A DNA stretch of 64,000 bases, taken from the NCBI GenBank assembly GCA_965287045.1, contig OZ336877.1, positions 66,340,001 through 66,404,000 of the forward strand. Reading direction: 5' to 3'. A program made the position numbers and the translations under genes. Below the pieces are notes generated by a model. The model made no database searches, was not told the DNA's origin, and saw nothing but the letters and a program-made list of their open reading frames with translations. Below, piece by piece: positions 1-13,817 of the stretch (the stretch's first letter is position 1; the number at the start of each line of letters is the position of its first letter). The DNA is from Carcharhinus amblyrhynchos (lineage: Eukaryota).

Positions 1-1734
1 GTTTGCTGCCTGCCAGACATCTGCACAAAATAAAAAATATAATTCTTGAGACTGTAAACTAGCTCTAACCAAATAAATTGTACTATTACAAATAAAAGTA
101 AAGATAATAACTATTCCTTGATCCAAAAGTTCACCTTTACATCACACCAATTCAACATCACGAGACATTTAATTTAAATCATCATACATAAGAGATGGAA
201 TTTGTTTTAGCTAGTGGTGTAAAATGAGCAACAGTGACTAAGCAAACTGATTCACTCCCCCTAATTTTCAAAAGAAATTTGGGTGTTATAAAAAGGGCCA
301 TTTTGCACTATTGCACATGAGAACTGGAGTGACACAATGTAGCTATAACATAGCAGTTCTGAGATACCATGGTTGGGATTTTTCAGCCACGCTCACCCTG
401 AAACTGGACAATCTTGTCCAAAGTCAATTAACCTTTGCATGATCCGCTCCCCACTCACAACTCCCATGTCGGATGAGATGGGAAGATTCCCCCCCACTCC
501 CCCATATATGATAATATGTAAGCAAATTATTAAATCCAAGGGGTGGAATTTGGCAGCCTTTCCCACACGTGTGATTTTCCATGCCCGAAGTCATAGACGT
601 TACAATGGCTTGCCACATTTTGCAGCCCCACTTCTGTCAAGACAGTGGCATAAAGTTTCACCCAAAACCTACTGCCTTTATTAAATAATACAGAACTGAA
701 CTTTCCAACATATGCCTGATATGATTCCATGTGAGTGTTATGGAGGGTCTATACTATAGGCTGGATCTTGGAAACCCTAGGATCACTTTCTGACATAGGA
801 ATCCCTCTTCCCATTTGGGTAGACATGAAATACACCCAATATAATTCCTTTTTCTCCCTACGAGATGGATAGTACATTTCCACCATGGAATGTGTGCCTG
901 CAATCTACCTGTCATACTGGAATCTTTTACACCTATTGTAAGCTTGTCGATCAGGCAGGGTATTAACCTGTTTCTAGGGCATTAATTCTGGGAGATCTAT
1001 TCAAGATGGAACATCATCAGTCTGTCCCAAAAAATGGCCCCCTAGGTCAGAAGAGCCCAGTCAGGAAGAGCGAATCTCTACACTGGGAGTTATTTCAGTG
1101 TTGATCTCAGTTCTGCCAGGTGGACAATGGAAAAAGCAGTTAGTTTGGACTTGCCGTTGGCAGTTGTGATGCCTTTGTGGAGTACAGGACAGATTTTTAC
1201 CCTGGACTCCCATACACAGATATAGCCCTTTTAATAGGGTGGAAGATAGTTCCTTTGAGAAATTATTGATGGACTGCGACTACAGACACAGCAGTAAGTA
1301 GTGAGCAGCATTATTTTTTTCACCCTTTTTGGAGGGGGACATCAAAAATGCACAGATGTGCCCATTGTGGCAGGAGTACACACCATCTTCATGTAAAATG
1401 AAAGAAGCTTCCCCTGGTTGCTGGAGAATCTCAGCACTTACGCTAGGATGAAAGATCCATGGTTGTTTATGCAGCATATTTTATTACTCATACAATATAC
1501 ATTTTTAACCTTTACTCTTAATTTCCTTGACTTGGCCCAATCAAAAACTTTACAAATATTACAGAAATCATTGTTCCACAGAATCCCTACAGTGCAGAAG
1601 GAGACCATTTTCACAATCCCACTGAGGCCCTATCCCTGTAACCTTATGTACTCACCCTACTAATCCCCCAATACTAAAGGGCAATTTTTAGGAAAAATGT
1701 TAGTTTAACTTAATATGTAAAAAAAAATGCTCAC

Positions 1735-1947
1735 CAGTCCATCACATTTGTCATCTTTGATTTGTATGAACATTTGTGGATTCTGTACACTCTCAAACAT
1801 GTAAACATTTGGACCGACTTCATGCACTTTCAAATATGACATTGGAGATTGTTTCCCTGTTCCTAAGCAAGTTCCACCAGAAGTGATGCACAGGCTCTGG
1901 TAAAGGCTAGTATTCAGCAAAACAATTGCACCATCTTTAAATGCATC
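1735..1947 (-). CDS. RP1: RP1 branch exon L (213 nt, phase 0>0), first two lobes of a second beta-trefoil
   Basis: ttcaag|DAFKDGAIVLLNTSLYQSLCITSGGTCLGTGKQSPMSYLKVHEVGPNVYMFESVQNPQMFIQIKDDKCDGL|gtgagc. Repeats the FESV.NP motif seen in exons J and K. Confidence 0.85.
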
Positions 1948-3728
1948 CTTGAAATAAAGAGAAGAGAGAACAATACGAGTAGAAAACATTTCTTGTGCAC
2001 AATAGTTCAGCCAAAAGCAATAGCTATTAATAAATCTCAAGATTGAAAGAATTCAGTTTTGTGAAGTTGTTACATTCAGACAGATTCTGCTGTAGCATCA
2101 ATGATTAGACTGACAGAGTTCGCTATTGTTAAAGAGGAATTTGGACAGCAACATAAGTGACTGCTCATGGACAGATAAACATAAAATTCAAGAAGTGGCT
2201 ATCAGAAGCACCTTGTTAATCCTGACGCTTTAGTATATTGATATCTCATCACTGAAACATGTGGGATGATATGAAGTTTCAGATACTAATTAATTTGCTA
2301 TAAAAAAGTTATCTTCAGTCTGAATAAAGTTTCAATGTTGTAAAAGGAATAATTGTCAATCATCTTCTACTGCAGTGAAATTAACTTGTACAACTGTGGA
2401 ACCTCATTTCTTCAGCTATGACCAATCTTTGGAGCTATGAAAACTAAAAATGGCTAAAACATTTTTTACTTATTATTTCTGTCTCCTTTATCTCTCATTA
2501 CTGTCTATCTTTCTATTTTGCTTTCTTTCTGCACATGATTTGATATTGAATTCAATATCTAACCGGCATTTCCAGTTTCTGACTTTGTGCTGCTTTTTCA
2601 CAATTTTCCAATCAGACTGGTTAATGGGCAATGGCGAGGACTTTTAGGGTGGTATAATTTCCCTATCAAGGAGACAGTTGCAAACACACCCCACCAACAC
2701 TGTCTGCCCTGCAGCCACTGAACTCTCCAAATGTTAATTGGCTGGAGGTAGGTCATCCACCCCTCACCTGGAAGCCACAGCTAAGGGAGCTGCTACCAGA
2801 TCTGATTGGCTGGTAGCTCTCAAATCCTTGCAGCATTAAAAGCTGCAGTGGACAGGCTTGGAAGTGGAAGTAGTTCCTAGAGTCTGTCCTGAGAGTCTAG
2901 GACCAGGTAAGTTTTGGGAGTCTCAGAGCAGGGTGGATGGTGAGCCCCAAGGTGAAGAGACCAATGGTTGGGGGTTAGTATACCTGCAGGAGCAATGTTT
3001 TAGCAGGCTGCTGATGCAGGTGCCACCCGCCACCCCTCCATCCCCCAAAAACCATTTCCCATCTGAGGCCTGAACACAGTTACTTTCTGGACTTCACTCC
3101 TGTCCTGGAACTCCTCCTGCCAGCCTGAAAATTGAAGCGGAGCTGAAAGCAGCCCTTAAGTGGTCAATAATTGGTGTTTGCTGATTTCCAGGAAAATCTC
3201 ACTCATTCGGTTCTCATCAGTTTGCTTAGTGTTCAACAAAAAAAATCCCTCATGATACATCTGCACTTTTGTTTCCAGCAGTTGACTTTACTTTTCATAT
3301 AGTTCAAATATGACACAAATTTTCTTTACTACTATTTGCTTGTAAAGTCGTCAACATATTGCACATTATCACACACTTAAAACTAATGTGTTCCATGGTA
3401 CATGTGGTCCATGGTTTCCATGCAGCATGTCATTAAAAGTGTATGGCAGCATTCCACCATACAATCCTGGCACAAGCTATGTTGGTTCTGCAGTCAGAAC
3501 ATATCAGAATTCTCAGCCATCTGCTTAGTGGGAGTTTTCTTCTACTGATATTGAACTGAGAACCACTATCTGCATTGGAAAATGATGCAGTTTTTCATTC
3601 CTGTATGTAGTGAGTGCCCCCTGCTGTTAAACATAAAACAATAATCAGACAAATATGCAGATTTAATACGCTATTCAATTTTAATTTGCAATTTGATGAA
3701 TTATCTTCCGTTTTCCTCTTTATTTTCC

Positions 3729-4062
3729 GAGGTGATGGCATCACTGAAATAATAATCCAGAGAACCAGGGTAAAGCTCTGGGGACCCGGGTTCAAATCTC
3801 ACCAGGGGCAGATAGTGAAATTTGAATTCAGTAAAAATCTGGAATTAACCGTTTAATGGTGGCCATGAAACCATTGCCAATTGTTGTAAAACCCCATCTG
3901 GTTCACTAATATCTTGTCATGATTTGGCCTACATATAATTCCAGCATCACAGCAATGTAGTTGATGCCTTAATACCTTTGAGCCACTCAAGAACAATTAG
4001 GAATGAGCAATAATGTTGGCATAGGCAGTGGCACCCACATCCTATGGATGAATAAAACAAAA
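3729..4062 (+). mobile_element. SacSINE1/Deu-SINE-like element
   Basis: tRNA-like head (gggttcaaatctcacc), body ccatgaaaccattg..ttgtaaaaccccatctggttcactaat, tail cccacatcctatggatgaataaaa. Confidence 0.7.
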
Positions 4063-5879
4063 TAATCCCAACCCTGGTCTTTTACTGTCTTGCTCCATGA
4101 TTCATATGTTTATAACACTGAAAGACGTGTGAAGAAGTACGTAACAAGATCACAGTCACATAGATGAATTTTCTTTTCTGCCTTCTGTTTAAATTCAATA
4201 CAGATGGAGCAAAATGGAAGTATGCACCACTTGCCCAGACATGACGTGGCCAATATCAGTGGCATAGGTCATTTTAATCAGCCAAAGGAGCCCATTTGCC
4301 CATCTGCTGGCAGTGTTTGGTACCTGAATACAGTTATACGCCCTATTGTACACAAAACATACCAGTAATTGTTGTTTCAGTGAGATTTTCTCATCTCTGC
4401 CACCTGTAAATCTGCATTTCTTTCAGGTTTCTAAGAGCATCCTTCACACCTCTGACTCTGATTTTCTCCTCTGGAAGGTTTTCCCATCCCTCTAACATAC
4501 ACTCAATCCAGTTGCCCACTTGATTTCTCCAGTTTTGGTCTGTGCATCACAGGCTGAATTTTCATGGACTGTCATGGTGCGTTTGGAGATTGGCAAGTCA
4601 GGAACATAGTGGGAGCCAAGTCATGATGGCTCTCTAATGCACTCCCCCAATGAGGATCTTTCCCCTAGGAAGATATGAACTATGTTCGGCTACAATACTA
4701 CACATGCAGACAGCCAATTAAGTTGATTACTGACCCAATTAGATCTCATTTTGTGGATCATAGGCACTTTACTGCCAATGGTGTGATCCCTCAACACGTG
4801 CAAAAGTTGCCATCTCCATACAGATGCTTCTTTGTGGGGCCATTGGCAGGATTTCAGGTTGCACCGATGGAACAAACAATCACTTGGTGGGGTTGGAGGG
4901 CCCAAATGGCTTTGTCCCTGTTAACTTTGACTTTAAATACATGCCTCCACACGTCTTAAGGCACCCTTACATTCCCTGACTTGCTTCAGCAGCACCCAGC
5001 TCTCCCAGTGGCTGCCTCTGATTGGATCAACTGCTGCAAGAGTCCACCCAGCCTTCTCAATAGGATGGTGAGCACAGAGTAGCTAATTAAGAGGTTACCT
5101 CATCCACAGGTAACCAATTAGGAGTCTTTCTCCAAAAAGATTGCAGCATCAGGCGCAATGCCTGTAAAAGCTGGATCAGCGACCTGTTTGGTCCCAATGT
5201 TGGGATCCCAAAGCCCATAGGAAAACCTAGCCCTGTGTCTCACTTTCCCTGGTTGTTGAAGCTATACATCAGATGTTTATCAATGTAATCAGATTGACCA
5301 AGTACCTGAGATGCAGGTAGCAGGGAGGTAGAGCACAGCAATTGGGGTCATATTTGCTTAAAATGTCAAAACATTTGACATTTATCATGAAGTTGATGCT
5401 CTGGAACTAATTGCCAAATATCATGATTCATGCCATTGGTTTTTCACTATTATCATGATGTTGCCACCGGACAGTCAAGGAAAGGCAGTGACAAAATAAA
5501 ACAGTATTAGAGAACTCACTCTAGAAAGGTGCGGGTGCCAGATGATGGATTATTGCAAGCACTGTCAAAGGACATAGCTTTTGCACAGAGGACACAATCT
5601 GCAAATGGTGCAAGCACGCACTTTATTTTTCTCCTCCCTCCCCATATCCTTACCCTTGTGCCTTTCTTCTTTTAGCTACCCAAACAAACTGCCAAGCAGT
5701 GGAGGAACAACAACAAGGCAGTTTTGATGAAGAAACACCTTCACTTGATCTCACAGCTACCAGTTCAGATAATGACACTGAATCTAACTTAAAGGATAGT
5801 ATAGAGGCGAGATCTGCACCACTGAAACACCAAGCATGAGTTGCCTGCAGCTAGGGCACACCCGAGGTTACAGCCAAGT

Positions 5880-6444
5880 TCCTCTGTATAGAACATTGGT
5901 TAGGCCACATTTGGAGTACTGCGTCCAGTTCTGGTCGCCACACTACCAGGAGGACATGGAGGCTTTGGAGAGAGTGCAGAGGAGATTTACCAGGATGTTG
6001 CTTGGTATGGAGGGTCTCAGCTATGAAGAGAGATTGGGTAGACTGGGGTTGTTCTCCCTGGAAAGACCAAGAATGAGGGGAGACCTAATAGAGGTGTACA
6101 AAATTATGAAGGGTATTGATAGGGTGGACAGTGGGAAGCTTTTTCCCAGGTCAGAGGTGACGCTCCCGAGGGGTCACGGGCTCAAGGTGAGGGGGGTGAG
6201 GTTTAACTCAGATATCAGAGGGATATTTTTTTACACAGAGGGTGGTGGGGGCCTGGAAATCACTGCCAAGTAGGGTGGTGGAGGTGGACATACTGGGATC
6301 ATTTAAGACTTACGCGGATAGTCACATGAGCAGACTGGGAATGGAGGGATACAAACAAATGGTCTAGTTGGACCAATGAGCAGCACAGGCTTGGAGAGCC
6401 GAAGGGCCTGTTTCCTGTGCTGTACTGTTCTTTTTTCTTTGTTC
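5880..6444 (+). mobile_element. CR1/HER1 LINE 3' fragment
   Basis: Translates to LYRTLVRPHLEYCVQFWSPHYQEDMEALERVQRRFTRM...RGDLIEVYKIM, the CR1 ORF2 C-terminus, followed by a 3' UTR and tgttctt tail. Confidence 0.92.
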
Positions 6445-8451
6445 TCTGCAGAAGATTCAAATGATCAATTCAATGGGGCAACCTAAAGGGAATGCTGGTT
6501 GGGATGTACAACACAATGTTTGGTGCATTGGGTAATAATCTGGCACCGACATGGCACACAACTTGGTGCAGAGCTTGAAGCCCATTATTTCACGGTCACC
6601 AATGGATCCAATCATGATGCACTGTCTGATGACTGATTTTTTAGCTACCATTGCAATACACAAGATGTCCTCTGGATGTCTGGATGCTACATTCAAAGCT
6701 CAGGTTGAAGACATTCAAGGGCAACTTGCTGCCATGCAAGCTTAGACTGATATCATCAAGGCTACGGGTTTCAGTTTTCAAATGGACCAGGAATGTATCA
6801 TCCCGCAAATTGCTAAGATTGCTGAAGTGATGTGTCCCAAGGAGCGGACGTGGCTCTATCATGTATAACCCTGCTGTCCTCTTTCTGGACGAAAGCATTT
6901 GTTCTCTCAGCACTACCACTCTGCCTGTGCACTTAAAGTTGGCCGTCCGCAAGCCTGCCTAGACAGTTCTGACCATGTTGAAATGCTGAAGTCCAAAATT
7001 GAGTCTTCTAAGTTGAGTTGTTCAAGATTGTCTTCCAAGGTCATCTGGAGTCACCTTTCACCAACCATGCTGCAGCCACAAGGCTAGCACATGATGGGAT
7101 ATTAGGACAGGTATAGGTGCATGAACCACAGAAACTAGGGGAATGTACAAAGGTAATTAGATGACATTCCAATGAAATTTGATTTGGAATGTTTATAATA
7201 TGTTGGCTTTTCTTTATAAATTTTGGCCAATTGGATGTATATTGTTTAATGACAGAGGATAAGGTGTGAAATTGCAGTCATGATGGAGAATTATTCTCTC
7301 AACATACAGCTTCCTGCTGACAGCAATTCTCCCTTTCCACCGCCTCCTTCTTCCAAGTGTTTATCCTGCTGTACCTGACCTTTGTTCATTCCCAAATTAG
7401 GTTGTATTCTCATTGTCAGAGGATGTTCATTCTTGCTGCTGAGCATATGTGTGAGGTGAGATTATGCCCTTACCATTCCTATAAATAAAATAATCAATTA
7501 GTTATGTGAATCATTAATGAGGAATTAATGGAACTGAAAGCCATTTCCCTTTCATAATACCACGCTGACTCTGCCTGATCATATTACTATTGCTGTTACC
7601 ACTTCCTTAATAATGGAGTGAACAATTTCCTGACAACTGATTTCAGGCTAAATGGCCTGTAGTTTCTTGTTTGCTCATACCCTTTTTTTTTTACAAATAC
7701 CATTATTACAGTCTAGTGCTCTCAAAGAGGTGGTTGTAGAGATAGGGTGTACTGATTGAGATCATCCAACATTCCCTAGATTCCCGAACATTCTCAGTGG
7801 ATTGGAAGGCAGGAAATATAACGCTTTTGGCTGGGCTTTCAGCCAGCAGTGGGATTTCGCTGGTCCCACTGTCATGTGTTTCCCATTACATGGAGTGCAA
7901 GCAGTGGGAATAGCCCTTGACAATGGCGGGACCAGAAGATCCCACGACTGGCCAATGGTGGACCACCTCTGCAATGGCAAAACACACAATGGGGAGTGCA
8001 GAAAATCCCACTATCCAATTCAAGAAAGGAAGGAGAGAGAAAGTGAAATTGACATCAAAGATCAGTCATAGTGTTGTAAAATGGCGCAGCAGGTTCAAGA
8101 GCTGTTCAAATATTCTAAAGTGCCATTCATCTGGCTTTTCATACTCCATTAATCTTGCACAACTCAAGATTCTAACTAGGGTAGAGTGCAAAATGGTTGT
8201 TGTAAGAAAGTAACATATGTTGAGTGATTACTTGCATATCAAATTATCCTTTCTGAACAAGATTCAGGTACTTACACAAAGCTACTCATGAAACTACTGA
8301 TGAATTCATCAGTGACTTCAAATTGCCATTTTGGGTGGTGAAATGATTTAATTATTCATATTAATGTTATATATTATCATATTAATACCTTATTAATATC
8401 TTCATACACTCAATTTTAACAAATATATTACAAAACTTTGATAACCAGTAC

Positions 8452-8628
8452 CTTAACATGGACAACAAAATCTTTGATAACGTCTGAATCATCCTTAACT
8501 GATGCATTAGCAGGCCTTCCTTCTAAGTTGAACGCAACTATCTGTCCAGGAATATGAACAGACTCCAATATTACAGAGCGATTGGTCTTAGGGTGAATCG
8601 TCAATTCACAGAGAATTCGAGTTTTCTC
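8452..8628 (-). CDS. RP1: RP1 branch exon K (177 nt, phase 0>0), FGF-like beta-trefoil part 3
   Basis: gtacag|EKTRILCELTIHPKTNRSVILESVHIPGQIVAFNLEGRPANASVKDDSDVIKDFVVHVK|gtactg. Open frame of 59 codons; not in the ORF track. Confidence 0.85.
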
Positions 8629-10301
8629 CTGTACCAGAACATATTATCAGAACATTCAATCAATCAAATGAAGTACATTAAGCTTTATGCAATGCATAAT
8701 CGTAAAAATATACAAAATGAATGCTATTAATGTTACTCTCTCTCAACCTCTGTTGATTTGAATTAGAGTAGCAACAATGTTTGGTAAGATAGTTTTAAGT
8801 ATCTTATATTATTTTAATTTGCACACTCAAATTAAGTATAATTAATTTTTTATTGGTGATATCACATTCAAATGGTGAGTGCTATCATAAGACTTAAGAT
8901 GGGATTCTCTGGTCTCCTATCCATGTGATTGTCCGCGACAGGAGGCAAAATGCCATTTGCTGGTGGAGAGATTCTTTCCCACTGCTGTTTCTGGGATTTC
9001 CCACAGAAGCCATCCCACACCTTTGGAAACCCATGGGCAGGGATGCGCTACCAGTAAGACCAGAGAATCCCGCAGCCAGTGAACAGCCGGGGAATTCAGG
9101 CTTTAGTTTGAGATAGAGGAAATATATAAGTAGTTAAACCTCATATTTCAATTGTCTGCAAACATATGGCACTAACAGGTTTTGAGTTAATTGGAAAAGT
9201 TTAGTATTATCATGGTTTGCACCAGCAAGACAGATTAAATTCACATTGATGTAATCTATTACCGTGATTTTCTTAATAAATGCTCATTCCAGATTTGCAA
9301 TAATAGGAATTGCAACTTATGAGTCTTATCTGAAGCCTTCTTAACACAATTCACCAACCCAGTCCTTCCTCATCTCCAACAAGTACAAGAAGATCATGAG
9401 TTCTTTTGAGACCATCTGTTCAACTGACCTTGTTACTCCTTCCTTTTCTGTGGCCCATTAAACCAAACCTTCCAAACTCTCCCTTTCCTAACCCATGTCT
9501 CACCCAACTTCCCTCATGCCCTCTCCAACATCATTTTGCTAATGACACTCACTTCCTTCTCCTTTGACCTCTTTTTCATTAGAAATTGACCAACCAAACA
9601 TTCTGGTTCACATACAAGCTAACACTGTCATTGTTTTCTTTCCTCAAGTGCTGTCACATCATCCATCCTTTCATTTTCAAATCTTCACTTGTTAGAAAAT
9701 AGTTCAAACCTCCTAACCTTGAAAAGTACTGACCAACTCCAACCCCCATGTTCTCTCATGTGTTGTAACTTTCAAAATCTCTGTTCGAATCTTTCCGATC
9801 ACTAAAGTCCAAACATTTGTTTCTAACTGCAATCATGGTCCACTAATACTTCTTTTGCACCCCAATCTCCCCACAGCTTTTAATATGATCAATCCTGCCA
9901 TCCTCCTCCAAAACATTTCTCTTCCACCATCTAATATACTGACATTAGCTTTGCCTGATTCCATTCTGAACTTTTTGGTCATAATCAGAGCATTGCCAGC
10001 AATGGAGTCTCTTCCCGACGAAACGCTGTTATCCCTGATGCCCACCAAGAATATCTCCTGTCCTATCCTCTTCATCTATAAGACACCCCTTAGCGACATC
10101 ATCCATAGACATCCTGGGCAGGACTTCATGTCTGCTCCCATGGAATGGTCTTCCAGTCCCACCGAAGGTGCTACCAGAAGATCGTGTTTCTGCCCAATGA
10201 CAGGATGCCTCACCATTGGAAAGTAAGCACAATTAATACAAAAACAGAATGAAGAAAAAGCTGGTCTCAGTAATAATGACTATGGAACCACTATCAATTA
10301 A

Positions 10302-10625
10302 GGATGGCATGGTGGCACACTGGTTAGCACTACTGCTTCACAGCGCCAAGGACCCAGTTTCAATTCCAGTCTCGGGTCACTGTGTGTGGTGTTTGCATGT
10401 TCTCCCCATGTCTGCATAGGTTTCCTCTGGGTGCTCTAGTTTCCTCTGACATTCCACAGATGTGCGGGTTAGGTTAATTGGTTAAATTGCCCCTTAATGT
10501 CAGGGGAACTAGCAGGGTAAATAAGTGGGGTTACAGGGATAGGGCCTGGGTGGGATTGCAGCTGGTGCTGTCTCAATAGGCCAAATAGCCTTCTTCTGCA
10601 TTGTAGTGATTCTATGATTCTATGA
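10302..10625 (+). mobile_element. HE1-like tRNA-derived V-SINE, full length
   Basis: A/B-box head (tggcacactggttagcac...gtttcaattcc), V-domain (gtgtttgcatgttctcccc..gggtgctctagtttcct), tail gattctatgattctatga. Confidence 0.85.
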
Positions 10626-11840
10626 AATTTGTAAAAACCCATCTATTTCACTAATGTCTTTGAAGGAAAGAAATCTGTTGGATTCTGACCAGGTCAAAAT
10701 ATCATGCCCATTCAGACCTCTCAAATGGTCAGCTTGATTCAAGGGCAATTAAGAAAGGGCAACAAATACTGGCACAAATCCCAGGATCAAATCAAGAAAA
10801 GGAGATAACCTTTAGGAACGGTAATCTGCATTCCTTAACTTGGCTTATATGTGACTTCAGCACTGTGGTTGATTCTTAATTGCCTTCTGAAATGGCCTAG
10901 CAAACCAGTCAGTTATATCAAACCACTAAAGAAATATCAAAAAGCAATCCAACAGACCATCTAGTATTGACCTAGGCATCAAAAACTACAATGACACAAA
11001 GAGCCCTATCGACCCTGTAAAGTCCCCTTTTCTAACATCTGGGGCCTTGTGCCAAAGTCAAGACAGCTGTCCTACAGGCTAGCCAAGCAACTGCCCGACA
11101 AAGTCACACTCACAGACTCATACTCTGCAGAATGTATCCCAGACACCATACCAGGTATGTCCTGTCCCACATGCAGATGGACCCACTGGAGGTGGAGTCA
11201 CAGTGGTATACATTCAGGAGGGAATTGCCCAGGACTCTCTAAGGGTGTTTAGTCACTCCAAATCACTCTGCCCTTGAACCCATCAACTCCAGCTACTCAG
11301 GCCAAGGATGGTACATCTACTCCATAGCAGGCCAGGACCTTCCAGGCATCACGCCTCCAAAAATGACCACCAAGGTGGGCACCTACATCTCCACTCCTTC
11401 ATTGACATTGAGTCAATATCCTGGAACTCCCTTCCTAGCAGCACCATGGGTATACCTACATCACGTGGGCTGCAGCAGTTCAAGAAGGTGGCTCTCCTAC
11501 CATCTTCTCAAGAGTGATGCAAGTTCTTAATACATGTAAATATTTAGGCAGCTGCATATGTACAGAGTTTATGGGAATGGTTTAACAACCATTTAACTGG
11601 CCCCATTTTAAATAATATAACTGTTATACACCCATTACCTACAAAACAGATAGAATTCCAACAGAATACAGAAACAAATCAGTCAAGTACACATCCCTAT
11701 ATTTTTCACAATCAGTCTTTCAGCTTTCTCTCCATTCCTACACAAAAATCCTACACCAAAGTGAAACTGGATTACAATCTACTGCTTTCAACTTCACTAA
11801 TTACTGATACAATATCACAAACGGTATTAAATTTTCTTAC

Positions 11841-11944
11841 CAACCCACTAACTTCATTACGAACAACAGCAAGAGCTAGGTTTGGGTTGTCCACACTGCT
11901 GAATACTTGAATGCCCCTCTTTTTGACAGAAACCTCAAAAAGAG
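11841..11944 (-). CDS. RP1: RP1 branch exon J (104 nt, phase 1>0), FGF-like beta-trefoil part 2
   Basis: ttaaag|(A)LFEVSVKKRGIQVFSSVDNPNLALAVVRNEVSGL|gtaaga. Length and phases equal the canonical FGF middle exon. Confidence 0.85.
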
Positions 11945-13620
11945 CTTTAAAAGAACAAAAATGAATTATGTTAATATAGTTCAATCTTATAGATCAGTAA
12001 AGATTCAAAACATACTTCTACAAATAGTTTTCACTGCTCACAGGAGTTACATAGGGGAGAAACGTGTTTGTGTAACCCAGGCAAGGCTGATTCCCCAGGG
12101 ACAGGTATGCTTTTTCAATGATAACCAATGAATTTCTCTCCCATAATGTCTTTGAGCCTAATGGCTACCTGCAGACTAAGTTCTAACCGTTGAAACAGAT
12201 TTAACTGGGCTTCTAGCTTTTCAACATGGAAAATAGAAGAAATAAAGTTTATCTTACCAACTGACCTCAGTTAGATAAAAACCATGGGGTGGAGTTTCAT
12301 GGAATCATAAAATCCCTACAGTGCAGAAGGAGGCCATTCAGCCCATCAAGTCTGCACTGACCACAATCCGCCCCCCCACCCCCCTCCGGGCGTATTCTCG
12401 TAACCTCACATATTTACCGTAGCCAGTCCTCTGATACGAAGGGACAAATTAACATGGCCAATCCCCACATTTAACCCGCACATCTTTGGACTGTGAAAAC
12501 TGCACATTCGTTAATTCTCCCATACTTTGTCAAGGTGCTGGGTTCTGACTGAAAACTGGTGTGTATCTCTCCAGATGCATTGCCGAGTTTTCAGACCAGA
12601 TAATCAGAAAGAAATCTGGGTGGTTTATATTATCAGTCTGGCAGGGCAGAGCTTGATAGAGCCAGCAAGGCTGGATCCACAGAGTGCCATCTTTAAAGGG
12701 CATCCCAATCAGCACTGAAGTTAAACTCTCTCTCCCAGGGGCGGAGGACCCTCACTCCCAATGGTCCCCCCCGCCCCCCACAAATGCATTGAGGCAACCA
12801 GCCCACCACTGAAACATCGAGGTGACCACCCCAGCACAAAAGTATCGTGATTTCCACCCAATAAAGTTTTGGGGGCTGCCCCCTCCCTCCCAAACTCCAT
12901 CTAGAAGGTATTGGGGGCTCTCCACCCAAAACCTCCCCAGTCGGAGACCGTTTCCCCTGTCCTCACCAGCATTGGCACCACTGCAGCAGTATAACGGGCA
13001 CTCTCTCCTTCACAGGGAAGTTCTCCCATTCAAAGGCATTGGCCCTTTCCAATGCTGCACACCACCCACCACACATAATGAGAAAACCCTTATGAGGTAC
13101 CCGTGATTGGCCCATCTCGGCAATGCCCCAGGCAGTGCCAAGCTGTCTGGTGGTAATGCCAACTTGGGTTGGGGTAATGCCAGAGGCAATGCTGGGGAGT
13201 AATGCCAGGCCATTGTCTGGGCATATCCTGGGAGCTATACTTATCTTAGCGCCCCAGCGGGATCTCCTCAACTAAAACCTGTTCTTCTGAAACTTGTAAA
13301 CCTCATCGACATGACGTTATGCCAAACAGGTTTGAATATTTAGTGACAGGGGATCATGTGGTGGGGAGTCTGTTAACAGTATTCAAATTGATTAAAATCC
13401 ATTGAAATGATTCCCATTCATTGTGGACAGGAGACTCATTTTTCATCAGCATTAGCCTAAACCTCTGTATTGTAAGTCCAGTGAAATTGCCACTATGCCG
13501 CCATCTCCCCTGTATCATTAGAAATGTGTGATTTAGTGCATAAGATCGCATGAACTCATGATGTTGCTGTACTTGCAATTATGATATGTTGCACCATGTG
13601 CTGGTTCAGTGAGAGATATA

Positions 13621-13817
13621 AGCTGAGATTTTCCAGCCCTCCCTTGGAAGGGTTTTCCAGTGGCAGAGGTGGCTCGCCATTGGCCACTGGTGGGATCCTC
13701 CAGTCCTGCTGAAGTCAATGGCTGCTTGCGTTGTTCACTGGACGCGCTTTGCAGAATCCAACGCAGGACAGAGTCACCTTCCGATCCCACAGTGGGAAGG
13801 GCTGGAAAATCCGGGCG
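13621..13817. mobile_element. MITE-like element with terminal inverted repeats
   Basis: gattttccagccct ... agggctggaaaatc is a perfect 14-bp inverted repeat. Related copies at ~7823-8010, ~8899-9100, ~15645-15820 and ~36890-37068. Confidence 0.65.

Noticed and set aside
1-20. Strong-looking acceptor (ttttgtgcag|ATGTCTGGCAGGCAGCAAAC) as the next RP1 exon
   Set aside because: Only 20 nt are visible. The phase-0 reading MSGRQQT lacks the Cys expected at residue 7 of a third trefoil lobe, so it cannot be supported.
10302-10380. tRNA genes at SINE heads (also 21623, 28870, 29360, 38150, 63330)
   Set aside because: These are tRNA-derived SINE heads that continue into V-domain and tail sequence, not standalone tRNAs.
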